Shown: positions 12,095 through 25,598, counted from the first letter of the stretch. The stretch: 49,603 bases of DNA from Cirrosporium novae-zelandiae (GCA_026023565.1 JAPETS010000060.1:62001-111603); one strand, 5' to 3'. Made by a program: numbers and translations. Notes: generated from the letters alone by a model not told the origin.

Positions 12095-13790
12095 ATGCCT
12101 AGTTATGCAAGATCCAAACCAATCTCCGGCCGAGTGCAGTCAACCGTGCATCAAACAGATGGACGTACTTCTGTTCCAGCTTCTTTTGAATCTCACCTGT
12201 TATTTCTCCTTTCTACAATTAACAAATTTATTACTGGCGCTAGCCCCTTCGGAGGTCTTTCTAAAGATTCTACCATTCGGGATTCTGGTAATGATACAAT
12301 CACGGGGGAAGAGTCACAATTCTCGGTATAGAATGGAACGTAGATAACTCCTGGCAAAGATGTCTTCAGTGATATCTCTATCTAAACAGGACGTCTCACT
12401 GCAAGAAAACGTTCTATTCAAGAAATGATGCTGAAAACATCAGAAACTTTGTTCAAGAATTGACAATCTTCAAGCTGCTTCTTGAACGTCCTAACATTAT
12501 TTGTTTTCTCGGCCTCAACTAGTCCGCAAAGGGGGATTCTCGTCCGTTTACAGAAGACTAGAGCTATATTTTTTCATTCCTAGAACCATTTCTGCTGCTT
12601 GAGCATTAACCTTCCGACACAATATCAGAGTGTTCGCCTACTAGTTCAAAGCCTAAAATATCTCCAATAACTTTTACCAACAAGGTCGGCATATGCACTG
12701 TTATCAGGAAAGGGTTGGAAGCTCTTCATAACCATAGCCTTGTCCATGGCGAATTGAAGTCGGGTGATATTTTATGTTTCAAAACTCACGGTATGGTTCA
12801 GTGACATCAAAACCTACAGGTTCTGGATCCAAAATTAGGAAAATGGCCCACCTATTCATATAGGCGAAACCCCAGGTCGGAGAGCCCCTGGCGAGTTACA
12901 GTTTTAAACCTCTTGTGCAGGCTAATGCGAGGAGCAGTGTTAAAAGGCGGCAGCGACATCATTGAAAATTCCGTAGCTATAGTCACGGGTGTTTATTCAT
13001 TCAACTTCATCATTCTCAGTGTCATGACAATGGTCTCTAACTCAACAAGTCTTTCAAACCCAACGATGACAGAAGCTTCGCCGTTCACCCATCACACTAG
13101 CAATCAGCCACCAAGAAGCTTAGACTACAGACTTTGTGATAACATTTGCAAAGCCTCTCTTGTACAAGATTCTACAAAGGCTTGCTGGAAACTTTTGATT
13201 CATGCCTGCAGCATGGTTTCCTGTTATCATCAATTCTAGCGGCATGCTTTTTATGCATGTAGAATATATTGATTTGGCATATAGGTTCATTGGGCTCCTG
13301 AAAATGCGCAAATTGACATACCAAGCGAAAATCTGTCTAGACCTTTACTTTAGACGATGAAGACTTGCTGAATGTGAGTTCTGATGATTCGAGCCACATT
13401 CCCACCATACCAGCGAAGGAGAGCCGGTGACAATGCCAATTTCAATGAAATTTTGGTGAGTGAAAGGTTCCTCGGGTCTTGGAAGAATGATAGTTCACAA
13501 GGGCATGTTGAGATATACTATCGATAACCCGGTGCCATTCTTGGAGATCATCAAGCTTCTTATTAAACCGCCATACTAGTGAGATACCCAAAAGATCAAT
13601 CTGGTGAGTAATTTGGCCTTGACGCTTGAAGCTGGTTTTGGAGATCTAAACATCGTCAGGTTATTAACAGAAGCATTAGTGAGCTTGCCGTTAGAGGCCA
13701 GAGTCAACAGATGCTATCAGACAATAGCCCATCTACAGGATGCTTTCAGGTCTGGTCATGAAGACATTTGATTACTTGGATGTAGAAAAC
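12095..13790 (+). pseudogene. Protein kinase-ankyrin repeat pseudogene
   Basis: Kinase remnants: TGEESQFSV*; VQELTIFKLLLERPNIICFLGLN*; PFLLLEH; EGLEALHNHSLVHGELKSGDILCF (~12710-12780). Ankyrin-like remnants: SQGHVEI, LEIIKLLIK, EAGFGDLNIVRLLTEA, LQDAFRSGHEDI (13495-13770). Many stops and frameshifts. Confidence 0.75.
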
Positions 13791-13859
13791 GTTGGTTGTT
13801 TTCGCTCTGTGCTTTTTTGACCTTAATATTTAACCAGGCTTATAGGACTTAGAAACTGG

Positions 13860-14800
13860 TTTCCTATGAGCTAATAGATATGTCCACGCCTTGATAGCTC
13901 ATTTGGGAAATCGGGTCCTTCTGAGAAGTCTTAACATGCTGCACCACTACTCCTTTTCCAAATCCCAATTTTTTGCCGGTCTCATCTTCGAATAAATAAA
14001 TAAACATGCAGAAATCATCGAGTTCAGTGAGAATATTTTCTTTCATCCGCGGGTCACCGACTTTACATATATTGGCGAAGGTTCTTTCAAGGGGTCGTAG
14101 AACCTCTGTGGGTGCAGACTGGCCGTGCCAAAGACATCGCTATTACGGTAGAATGGGATCGCTAGAGGCTTTTCTAGGGGGTTAACGTTTCTCTAAAAAT
14201 CTATCGAAGATGGTTTCTACTCCAGCTGCCACGATGGTTGTATAAATAGGCATCTTTGTATATCCTATGCATCTGCTCTATTTCGATGTTCTTGTCTCTC
14301 GGGCAATTTTGGAGGATACATACATAGCGTGTCGGCTCAAAGGTAGTGGATGGTGAGGGCCTGCGTTACTGTTATGGCAGCCCTTAATGTTGCAGGAATG
14401 GATTCTGACGGTATGCTGGTTGTTGTGCATTCCTGAATTGTAATCTGAGTTGTCATCACATTTTGCGAGCCGCCCCAGTAGGAGCTCAATGCGATATGTG
14501 CAGCTTTGGCACCCTAGGTAAGATGAAGCTTTAGAGTTACAAAATTGTCAGATGGATTCACATCAATAACACGACTTGGAAGTGCATTTGTAGTTGGGTT
14601 GGAGCAATGAGCGTGACGCAGAGAACGCAATCACGAATCTGCTTTCTAATCTGATCAAACCCGCGCTCAGAGCAAACCTCTGCTAGTTTCTCCCAATTCT
14701 CTATATATTTTACCACCCAGTTATCTTTTCTGTAGTGAGCTTCAATCAATATCTCCGAGCAAGGCCAAACACTTCCATGGAATTAAGAAACACACACCTT
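13860..14800 (-). pseudogene. HET-domain (heterokaryon incompatibility, PF06985-type) pseudogene
   Basis: Minus-strand motifs: FDQIRKQIRDC; LPSRVIDV..LKLHLT*GAKAAHIALSSYWGGSQNVMTT; IPATLRAAITVTQALTIHYL*ADTLC; DKNIEIEQMHRIYKDAY; TIVAA. These match the HET consensus ALSxxWG / LPxTxxDAI..YLWxDxLC / EIxxMxxIY. Confidence 0.85.
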
Positions 14801-15827
14801 GGGATCAGTAAAAATGTCAAAACTGAAAAATCGAGATGGTTTTTTCTAACGAGCGGAGAGAGTTGAAAAAGGTAGAATTCAAGCTATCAAAGGGGCTAAG
14901 CATGTTGGAAACCTCAACAAAGTAAAATGTGATGTTAATCGGGACTTCTAGCTTATCAAAATAGTCAAGGTACTTACTTGTACTTGCACAAAAAATGAAC
15001 ACCGTATACAGTTTTCGGCAGCAGAAGTGCATGATTCCTTTATACTGTACCTTTCACTATATATATAAAATTCCGTAACACCCTTCTAAAGGAGGTATCA
15101 TTGTCCATCCATAGTTCGTCCTATACACAATGTTCCAAAAAGTAGACGTGACAAAAACATCAGTTCAGCAGTTACTGGTAAAAAAGAAAAGTCTTCAATA
15201 TAGACTGGTCTGCTCATTTCCTACCTCGGTAGGTGAAGTTTAAAAAAAAATAGGATGATTGATGTAGGTATATATATATAGTGGAGCGGAGTATAAAATG
15301 TTATGCGGTACTGTACATAAAACTACTGGTTGCTAAATGGGAATGGGGGCTAAAAGTAAGAAGCCAACAACAAGGGACCCTTCCTTCTTTCATATTATTT
15401 CTACCCAGCAGCGTGCAGCCGAGGCTCATGGAAAGGAATAATCCTATTTCTTTCGGAAGTATAATTTGATAGATGACAACGACAGACGTGTTACTTCAAT
15501 CAAGGTTAGATAAGTATTTAAAGTGACTATGGAAAGTATCCTTACTAGAAACCATCACTTATACAATCAACACAATGAGAAACAGGAAAATCCATCCCCT
15601 TCCGGAAATATAAAGCAGGCACAGTACAAAATTGATCCTATTATGGATTTATGAACAAACACACTACTAAGCACATTCGTACATATGAACAACCCAAGTC
15701 AAACCAAACCAAACCACGAAGCTACCATGCCAACAACCCCAGGATAATCTTTGTACTTGTATCTATGCAGTTAAATACACAAGCCAAACAAACTCGTACA
15801 AATTTATCCCTATGCCATCACACCCAT

Positions 15828-16582
15828 TTAAGTCAAACTCTTCTTCTCTAACCTCACAGCCCCGCATCCAACATCAGGAAGGTCCGAATAACCATCATCA
15901 CCCATAATCACGAAAAGCCGAGGCAGATCATCATCGCCCAATCCAGGACCTATACAGTACGTACCCAGGGTTAATTAGCCATCACAAAAGCCGCAATCCT
16001 GATTTTGGTAGCTCTCTTTCAGAGAGAGAACCTGTTTGAGCACAACCGCGGGAGAAAAAAAAAAAAAAGATAAGAACTTACACATGTACCATGCGCCGAA
16101 GTTGGAGTCGCTGGACCAGATTCCTGGCTGTCCCGATGTATAATCGTAGACGACATCGCCGGTGCCTTCGGCATCGCTGACGGTTACGGGACCAGTGCTG
16201 CTAGGGATTTGGAGAGCCCAGACGCCATCCTCGGTATCAAACTGTAGTTTTTATAGACCAGAGTCAGCATATTCTGCATATGTGCAATACCGTTTATAAT
16301 GATGGTGGGAGGGGGGATACTGGAAAAACGGACCTTGAGTTCATCGCCGTCGAAAAATGCGACAGCTGCTCCGTCAGAGGAGACTTTGGAAACCAATTCG
16401 TTTCCGGAAATGAAGAGGTATTGGTTTTGATATGGACTGGTAGAGTGGCCGAAGTATGTTGGGGTGTAGAGCTGGATGTTGAATTGGCCGGTTTGACGCG
16501 AGGATATAGGAGTAGCAGTAGACGTAGAGCTGAAAAGGCTCAGGGCCAATGGAAGTATGCTTGAGGCGAAAGAGGTCTTCAT
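15828..16582 (-). CDS. Small secreted protein (~175 aa, 2 Cys), cell-wall/effector-like
   Basis: Signal peptide MKTSFASSILPLALSLFSSTSTA-TP. Exons 16582-16334, 16241-~16083 and ~15949-15828 join in frame. C-terminus FGAWYMCP...GCGAVRLEKKSLT*. Confidence 0.85.
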
Positions 16583-18711
16583 ATTGATGGTGTGTTGTAG
16601 GGAACTTGTTAAGGTCTTTGATTGTTTGAATAAGGTGGGTTTATTGATGTTGGATGCTGGATAGCTAGGCAAGAATTGAATTGATGATTGAATGCAATAA
16701 AGACCTAAGGAAGATCTCAATGGAGTCTTTATATACTGCTACAGTGATGGAGACACAGGGCCATATCCCGCCACAGCACTGTCCCTCGCGATGCCACTAA
16801 CGCCATGATTATATTTGGGGATGGTGACAAAGATTGTTGTTTATAGAAACAATGACAGTTATTCCCACCAACAAGCAAGGTGTTCCTGGTTGCCAAGCAA
16901 ACATTCCCCATTGCAAAATACCCATAACTCGTGTTGGGGATGCCAAAGGATCGCATTACCAAATTGCCATGTCTTGGTAGTCAGAAGTCAGATATTAACT
17001 CGAGTAGAATACAAGCAGAATCAAGCAGAGTTATCCATGGTAAAACCTCGTGTCAGCCGGAGCTAAGCGTTCAGTTAGCGAGGTAACCTTGGCCTTCAAG
17101 CTTATTTGCTTCTTGGAGTTTTTGACTTTCGGGACTTTTTGTTCAGCCTCAGCCTTGCCACGCTTATCCAACCACACACAAGACGCTGTCCAAACGAGGG
17201 CAGCTGGTGTCACGTGAAGGCCGGTACGATGATAAATCAAGCATGTTCCTGTCTTAGATTTGCTTTGGAGCTGAAGGAAATGCTATGTCTGCAGCATCTC
17301 CGCAGTATCCAAGACCCGGACTCAACGGACATGATCATTTACAAAACCTTTAGGGTCTATTCTGTCAGGTGACTGCTCAGGAGGCCAGTGCACCTCGCTT
17401 CTTATATCGTCAGCTTTTGGTCCCACAATCCATCATCACCTTTTAATATTTTTGTCATTCAAGAGATCGTGAATCCCTCGTCCTTCCTTACCGTGGCCGC
17501 GTTCAAGCTCCTGGACCGTGTGGATGCTGTATCTCACTCTTCGCCCGAGGTTTCCGATTTCCGACTCCGACTAATTAGGTCTTCTTTCCTACTCCTATGC
17601 AGAGAAGCATAAGCAAATGCTGTCATTACCAATTATAGCTTTTTATCCTTTAGAGAATTATTGAGATCCATACTCAACTTATCTTTGCTGTTCACACTCC
17701 ACGGAAGAATCAGATCCACAGCTTTTGTCTGTCGAGTTATCAAAAGTCGGCTGGGTTACTGAGTGACCTAGTATTGTATAAAACATGGGAGCACAGTATA
17801 GCACGTAGCTCAACCTTATCAAATCCTATATCTCACGCCGCTGTTGGCCACGCGCTTGCTGTTTTCCGTTGGCGGATCTGCCCTTTTCTGTATTTCAACA
17901 ACGGCGATACGGTGAGGCCAAACGAGCGGTATGGGGGAGATGGGAGGGCACAGCTATGCGATAGAATAATAAATTCGGAGGTCCTATAGCATGAGAGGAT
18001 CGACGGTTCATGATATTGTGATTTTGTATGACTGTTTATATTGTTAGTAATGTTGTAACCAGATAAATTAGACCAGACCAAGTAGAAAAGAATATATGGC
18101 CTGAATATAGCTAAATCAGTACCAAAGGCAACTAAAGTACCATATCCCAAGGGACATTTGATCAAAGGGCAAAGCAAATTCACCAATTCCCTAGTAGTAA
18201 TTAGTTATAAAACAAAGAATCGACAAGCCCTGTATGTATACTAAGATTTGAGGACAGTATTTCTTACCTTCTATACGTTGGCGCATGCCATTAGGAATAA
18301 TCGCCTCCCCCTTTTTTTCAGCTCGATGTTGTCAGATTAACACTCTTGTTCTGTTATACATATAATATAAAATTTGATAGCTTGATCTTCCGTAAGAATG
18401 ATTTGGAGGTGTTTTAATTACGAAAGAGGACAAGTTGTAGGGTAGCACGGTAAGAATAGGTAAACTGTGTCAAGCTGTACTGTACTGTACTGTACTATTC
18501 AAGTAAACAAGTCAAGCCTTCAGTATCTATACCATACTATACTTTAGTTAGGTATCAGATATTGAGAGTTGAACAAGCAAACAAACAAGTCTTCCTTCAA
18601 GGTGGATACTGTGGCAATTTACCTGCCTACCTGCCAGAAACCCACTTCTCAATCCAAGATGCCAACTCCTAATACGTTAACAGTCAACCACTCATCTCAC
18701 CTGATTCGAAA

Positions 18712-20469
18712 TCACTGAGCACCGACAATATTCAAAAAATCCCCTACCCCCCTCCGGAACCCCTGTTCCCACTCCCACAGAAACCCCCCACCCTGTCCAG
18801 AATCCCTCAAGCGTTTCAATGTCCAAATATCCAAAGAACCTATACGATCGGCGCCTTTTGCAGCTGCTCCAAATCCACCGTCTGCGCGCATTTGATAGAA
18901 TGCCATGGCATCTGCAAACCCCACATTCCAACCGGCGGCATATCGCCAGTGTTCGAATCGAGTATCCGGGGAAGTAGAGTTCCAATAGCCCTCGTGCTGC
19001 TGCACAGCAACGGTCATTAACTGGTGGCGATTATTCTCGGCGTATGTGACGCGCGAGCGCACCTCATCGAATGGGAGGAGCAAGCTGGAAGGTGGCGGGA
19101 GATTTCCGAGCTGGGATTGCTGCTTAAAGCCCCAGTCATCACCGTCCATCCAGTCCATGCGGTATGTCCAAAATGTGCAGCCGGCCGAGCGGGTCTGCCA
19201 CCGTGCAGATTGAGCGTGACCGAATTGTTGTGTTAGGGCCGAGCGTTGTTCTGAAGGGACCCTGTTCCAGGTTTGAGTGTCGAGGACGCAGGAATATTCT
19301 CCAATGAGCACGGCGCAAGCGCCTCGGTCGACCACGGAGCCGTCCTTGCCATCTAGTTCGCCGAGTTCGCTGGGGATACGAGCGATTATTTGCTGGGGGG
19401 ACTGGGAGCGGTCAGAGTCAGAAAATGTGTAGTACTTGTGCGTGTCGACGATGATGGGGTTTGTGGGGCCCTGAGTGTAGACTGTGTTTTTGGATTGGGA
19501 GTACCCCAAAGCTGTCGGAAGATCCCAGCCATCGGAGATGTAAATAGGAGCTCTGGAGCCTGCTTGGGCGATGGCTCCAATCACATCGTCGTACCACTGG
19601 TACATTCCATAGGCGGCCCATACCGACTCGTTGCAAAGTTGGATTCCTGCTACGCCTGGAAGACCCCCTTTCGCCTCCTCCTGGGCGATGAAGCTAAGAC
19701 ATCTTTTGGCTAAATCGAGATGAGCAGTATTACCCCAGAGCTCAGCTTTGCCAGAGTTTGTTCCACTGTGGCCCTCCCCGTTAGCGCCACCTGGAACGGC
19801 ATGGAAGTCAATTATGGTGCCAATCCCGTAGGAATATGCTCTTGATATAAGTGATTTGCAGGCGCTCCAGGCGTTTACATAAACCTGAGAGGCGTCTCCT
19901 TCAAATGGAGTGCCGGCGCAAAAACTGGGACCTAGGGTAAAGTATCCGATAGGCAGACGAAATGTGGTACAATTTGCAGTCCTAGACAGATAAATAAGAT
20001 CGGCGTCGGTCACATAGGTTGACCAGTGAGATTCCCATTTTGCTCTGGTTTCATCAAGGCCGGTTTCCTCGAGGGACCTAATCAAAAGTCAGCAGAGATG
20101 AAAAGGCCACATGTCCACGAATTCCTCTTCAGGCCAATAATGGTAGAAGAGAAAATTTGGAGTAATTTTGTCTAAATAGACTTACGCTGTTATAGCATCC
20201 AGCTCGCTATCCCCTTTTGCACCATTCAGGTACATGCTTCCAGAAAGCCATCTTTCTAGAACAAAAATACTACCTAGATTGGAGCCATGGTGGTAACGGT
20301 ATCGAATGACATCGAGGATTGTTGGTGCTTGCAAAGCGGGCGCAGTGTCATGTGGTGGAATAATCATTGTTTGGTTAATCTTTACAGGTTTAGGTGGAGA
20401 CTCTTGGGTAGTACTCAGGGCACCCTGAAAAGTGCCTCCAATCTTGAAACAGAAGAATTTGGAGCACAT
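18712..20469 (-). CDS. Glycoside hydrolase family 5 (glucan 1,3-beta-glucosidase-like), no clear signal peptide
   Basis: Exon 1 ends at 20186 (RYRYHHGSNLGSIFVLERWL); intron 20185-20078; exon 2 has FRLPIGY, IDFHAVPGGAN, catalytic LCNE and IGEYS motifs, FWTY. Start could be 20469 or ~20367. Confidence 0.92.
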
Positions 20470-21060
20470 GTGTAGTGAATGGATGAAAGTTGAGAGTTTA
20501 GTCTATCGGATTCGATGACAGTAATAGTGGAGCAATAGGACGAAAGCCAAGGTTTTTTCTTATAATTAATAGAAGATTCTTAGCCAAGCATGAGTGGCAT
20601 TGTAAGGAAACGTATCGGATCTTCATGAATAAAACAAAGATTCATTTCTTCAGCTCTTCAGCTCTTCATAGTTTTTTCTTATTTTTTCTTCCATAGGAAT
20701 CATGACATGTGGCTCACCGTTGTCGTGGCTGTGGTCTTTGTCTTTGTCGACGTAGATGTTGTCGCTTGTCGCCTACTCTAAAGATAGGTTGAGAGATATG
20801 ACGTATGCTGGTCGCTGCATTGGATGGAGCCATGGAAGCCCAACTTCAAATATTAAATATTGTACCATGTTCGGTTGAATATCTAAGAGCCAGTCCAAGC
20901 CATAGTAATAAGGCTGACAGCAAAAATAAACATATTTACACCTGAAAGCCCCCTTCAATATGCAGGTATCTAGCCCTCGTGCCCCCCCCAACCAACTCAG
21001 AACGCCCAGAATGCTAATCTTGAATCCGACTATCATAAATTTGAATAAGAAGAAGGAAAT

Positions 21061-24000
21061 CTACGATACAGGATATCCGATGACGTTACGATTATCATCT
21101 ATTAGACGACCATATCTATAGTTGCTTGTTAGCCGTCTCCTCGCCCCAAAAGTGTCGGTGCAAACTTACTCTAACAACAACCGGAAGAACCACGTCTCCA
21201 GATCCTCATTTCGAAGAGCCTTCTTGGCCCATTGCGTACCCTGTTCGGCCATCCGAGGAGCCGCTTCTTTACCTTCATACTCACGATCAAAGTATCGAAC
21301 ACTTTCAAGATACTCATCACCGTGTAAGCTGAGGGGTATATAGTGTACCCATGGCTTCAACCACTCTTCATGCCACTCTCGAAATAATGCAACCTTATAT
21401 ACCAGACTTTTGCTTTCAAGGAAGGCGTAGAAGCGCCCACTAAACGCATTCCCGTCGATGTCAACAAGGTATTTGGAAGTCCATGCATCTTGGAAATCTG
21501 CTGGAGGGGCAATCTCAAAATACTCTTTCTGCGCATCACAGTCGCCGGGATCGCACTGGCCAACATGTGAAAAGTGAACATCAAATATTTCCTTGTAGTC
21601 TTGCCTCTTGACCCTCTTGACTTTCCATTCACTAGGTCCATCTGCATTTGTGTTTTCAAGAATTTTTGTTTCGTCCAAGGCATTAACTTTTTGAACAAAA
21701 CGCTGTCGGTGCTGTCGCCGCCATCCGCCATCCCGGGAGAAGCCTCCGGTAGTGGACCCTCTCCAATACATTTTGTCCTGCTTATCTTTCCAAGCGGGAT
21801 CCTTTGACTCCTCATAGGTGACCTTGCCATACCAGTACCATGGACTTGGATAAAGAATGTCAGCGAAGCTGGATATTTTGCTCTGCGAGAAGACTGGGAA
21901 CAAGTCATGTACGATGTTGAATGCATTAGGGCGATCAAAGAAGCCATAGTGATCTTTCAGAGAAGGGGATATGCAAATATCGCTGAAGCTGGTCTTGTTA
22001 TAAACGAACCCGAGTTCGCCGTACGAATATGCCGTGAAATTATCAGGGGCATTCTCCTCTAACCCGCGAGAGGGTGTGTCAGGAGAACAAGATAGCTTCG
22101 AGTTTGACCAGGTTGCTTGATGTGCAAAGTAATTGAACCGAGTTGTCTTGTATTCTTCAACCCTGGTGCCATCATTCATGTCATCGGGTCGTTTCGAGAA
22201 GGCATTCCGAGGGTTTTCGGTGGCAAATGCGGCAGGCAACATTTCATCCTTGGCGATACGGACCATTCTCGATAGGTCTTCATGAGGAACAATCACACGA
22301 GGCTCATCATGAATGTTGAAGGGAATGTCCATGTCAGGTAGATAACGAACAAAATCTTGAATCATCCCAACGGTTGCCTTTTGTTGCCATTCCTGCCCTC
22401 CTTGAATTGTTGTGACTTCTCCTCCCCTTATTAATAGAGCAATTAAAGCATTATCAAAACCCAAGGATTCCCTAGCTCTTTCCCTGATCGTGTCTGGCTT
22501 GAGAGCCCAGAATGGTAACAATGAATCATAAATGGTATCGTATTCGTCGATAAGCTGTACATTCCTCTTCTTGGCATATTCATACCACTTGTCAAAGTTC
22601 GGCGGAGGTGAGATCTTGTACCGTCTCCTATATTCTTTCACCGCCTCTTCCAATGTCTTTGACTGCCTCGCCTTTATTTTTTCAAAGTCTTGCTCTGCAT
22701 CTCTTATCAACTGATAGATGGGGTGGGAACGAAGGTTTGTTGGAGGTAAAGGTTTGGCATCCTCCGGTAGAGGTCTCTGGTCAACGATGGGGGAATTTTT
22801 GATGGGTATGACATTTATCTGTGGAGGGCGCCGGAGTAGAATGGTAGTTATGGCGGCAAAGGAGAGTAGAGTACAGAGGGTAATCAGTTGTCTCGACCGC
22901 ATCCTCTTGGACCTAGGTGTGAGGAAGGTAGAAAACGAAAAGTCATGGAAAAGGCAATAGCTTGAAGCAGCTGAGAGGGTCAGACACCAGATATGTGTAG
23001 CGGAGATGGTTCGTATGAAGCTGGCTACTAGAGTACCCCCGACATCTGTAAAAGGTAGACTAAGAGCCCCTTGATCTCGAATCTATTTGGGATAGAAATT
23101 GAATTAGCTGGCTATGTCCCAATTGATGAGGGCTGCAGATCGAGGCTAAGTAAATTATCAAGAAAAGAAAAAACGACTAGTTGAATTTGCAGATTTGCAA
23201 CTTGTGGGTTATTAATTATTGACATTGATGTCTGGTCTCCGGTATTTGCAGGTGGGTTTTGAAAAACGGTAAAGTTGAAATTAGCGCCTTTGCCGCTGCG
23301 CGTCGACTCCACTTGGCAGGGGGGAAGCAGGGAACGAGGAGCAGGGAACGAATTGCCGATGACGAATATTACACTGTACAATGAAAGTATATGAAAAGAT
23401 TGAATCTGCTTTTTAAAAAAATCTGAGTACTTACCATCAAAATAGCGATGGGCCACCAGAAACCCCCAATAAATCCAACCAGAATCCCTTGCGCTGCTAT
23501 CATCCAACGCATTCCACTTTTCCAATCGCCACCCACCATATCCTCAAATTCTCGATGAAATCTCAATCCATGGGTACCAACCCCTTCAAAAAGAAGTGTA
23601 CATAGGAAAAAGGCCAGTGTCGATACCTCGGCCATGCTTCTCAAAACTACCACATCCTGAGTAGCCTTTTCCGTCTTGTGCGACCGATGGTCATAGTCCC
23701 AGCTCGTGGATCCGGCTTTTGTTTCAATATCGTCGTGTTCTTTGGGACAGTCAAAATGTGCCTCCAGTAGTGTATATCCTTGGCTAACCAGAAGAGCATT
23801 GCATACGCCGATTGTCACCAAGCCAGAAGGAAGAAAATGTGGAAGGAGTGGGTTCAAAGACGATATTGTAAAAATGGTGAGAAGGGTGGGTGAGTGACCG
23901 CTAAATATTTGCCTGGCTAGACTGGAATGCGACGTTTTCGGATTGCGCTGGCTGCCCGAGAACCAACGAAAAAGAAGGGTAGCTATGGGCAGCAAAGCCT

Positions 24001-24353
24001 TATGAATTGATTAGAGTATTCATAACATTGCGCTTCAAGTTAAGATGACCTACCCGTGTCCAGAGCAAACCATCTTCTACACCTGCTGCTCGCTCATATA
24101 AGCGGGCAGCGGTTAGAAGAATACCAGCAGCCCATCCCACCTTACGCGCTTCCAGGGTATTTCCAATATCATGGGCATCCTTTCGCAGCGAACTATATAT
24201 CCAAACAAGGGACCAGGAAATTGTTGACGTGAGAAGGATGTGGGTAGATGGTGTAAATCTTGTCTTTATGGCTGAAATAATAGTGAGCAGGATAGTGAAA
24301 AAAGAGGATTTGATAATCCTGCCATAATGTTGACTAAAGAAAAGAAATTTCAT
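21061..24353 (-). CDS. CAP10-like glycosyltransferase family 90 (beta-1,2-xylosyltransferase-like) with N-terminal membrane region
   Basis: Four exons (~24353-24053, ~23998-23435, ~23081-21170, ~21114-21061). Motifs EYRRRYKISPPPNFDKWY, FNIHDEPRV, YWRGSTTGG, KYLVDIDGNAFSGRF, WLKPWVHYIP, FRLLLEYGRLIDDNR. Confidence 0.93.
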
Positions 24354-25598
24354 CGAGTCTCATGGAGGTAATGACATGAAGCTGAAGATATGCCGGATAT
24401 TCCGTAGAGATGGATGGCACGACGAGCTGGGGGATCAGACGAAATGCAACTTCAATGGCTGCCTAGGTACCTAGGTTACTACGTATTACCTAGTTGGGTA
24501 CCTAGTTCGTACTCGCAAAACTATCATCATAAGAAATCTCGGGGGATCTGTCCGGGCCGCCCAAGCCCAAGGCCAGCTTGTTGGCGATCATCTTTACCGA
24601 AAGTACGGGGTTAACCTAAAGGACCTAGGCCCCCAAATGACCCCAAAAGATCTATGAAGAAGCCCCCAAAACAATGAGGTCTCAGAGACCCAAGAGGTCC
24701 AAGCGTCTTGTCTTTCCTTCTCCGCACACACAAAAAAAAAGAAATGATGAGGAAAATAGATATCCATCTTTGTTTAAGTAATGCATTCTATAAAATACGG
24801 AGCCCACAGCACGTTAATCTGAAGATGGGAAGATCCATCATCTGTACTCAAAACTCCGTTTTTCTGAGCACACCAGCTCTTTGACTTCGTAATCCATATA
24901 AAGCCCAGTCAGATCCCACTTCTTTCTTGTCAACTGTCGCGTGGTCATTGCTGAACTGTGGTCTCAACTTTTCGTCGAGAAATCGGGTTATAGAAAGACA
25001 AACTACCATTCCACCTAACACCTCATTGGCCCTGGTTCGATACGTGCTCCAAACTGCTGAAGAAAACTCTTTTCATTCTACAGGGATCACAACTTTGCTC
25101 GCCCACAGGCCAACAAGAATGCCTAAAGCAATCTCTATACCCTTATCCAGATGCTAGGGCTCTGCAGGCAAGTAAGGTTAAAAGTTTATTCCTCCTGTTG
25201 AGATGCGTGTATTTACAATTTTTGAACATATCGAAGGCACTTTAAAAAATATTCTTGCAACCTACCCTTCACTTGGAATTCTAGTGGATGGCTTATACTG
25301 TCGCCATCTTGATACCTTTTTGTTTATTATTGTTGAGAATTGAATTTCTGCCTCATTATGATATTTTGTCTTTTCAATCTTTTGGCCCTGGGTGAGCTCT
25401 AGCACGGCATCGCAGCCTCCATACGAATTAAAGAATGGACCATGGTTAGCACCTTTCCGGTCCGTTAATATCAGGAAAGTCTCCAGACCAAAAAAATATC
25501 TCTTCCCTCCCCGGAGATCATGATGATGTGACAACCCCGAAAAGTAAATTTTATTTTACTATCTACCCCGACTAGATCAGACAACCGACGTGTGCTAT

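Noticed and set aside
14470..14640. HNH endonuclease suggested by RDCVLCVT and AAHI
   Set aside because: The surrounding motifs fit a HET domain far better.
16800..17750. Possible degraded coding sequence on the minus strand
   Set aside because: Some protein-like stretches, but no family motif I can identify.
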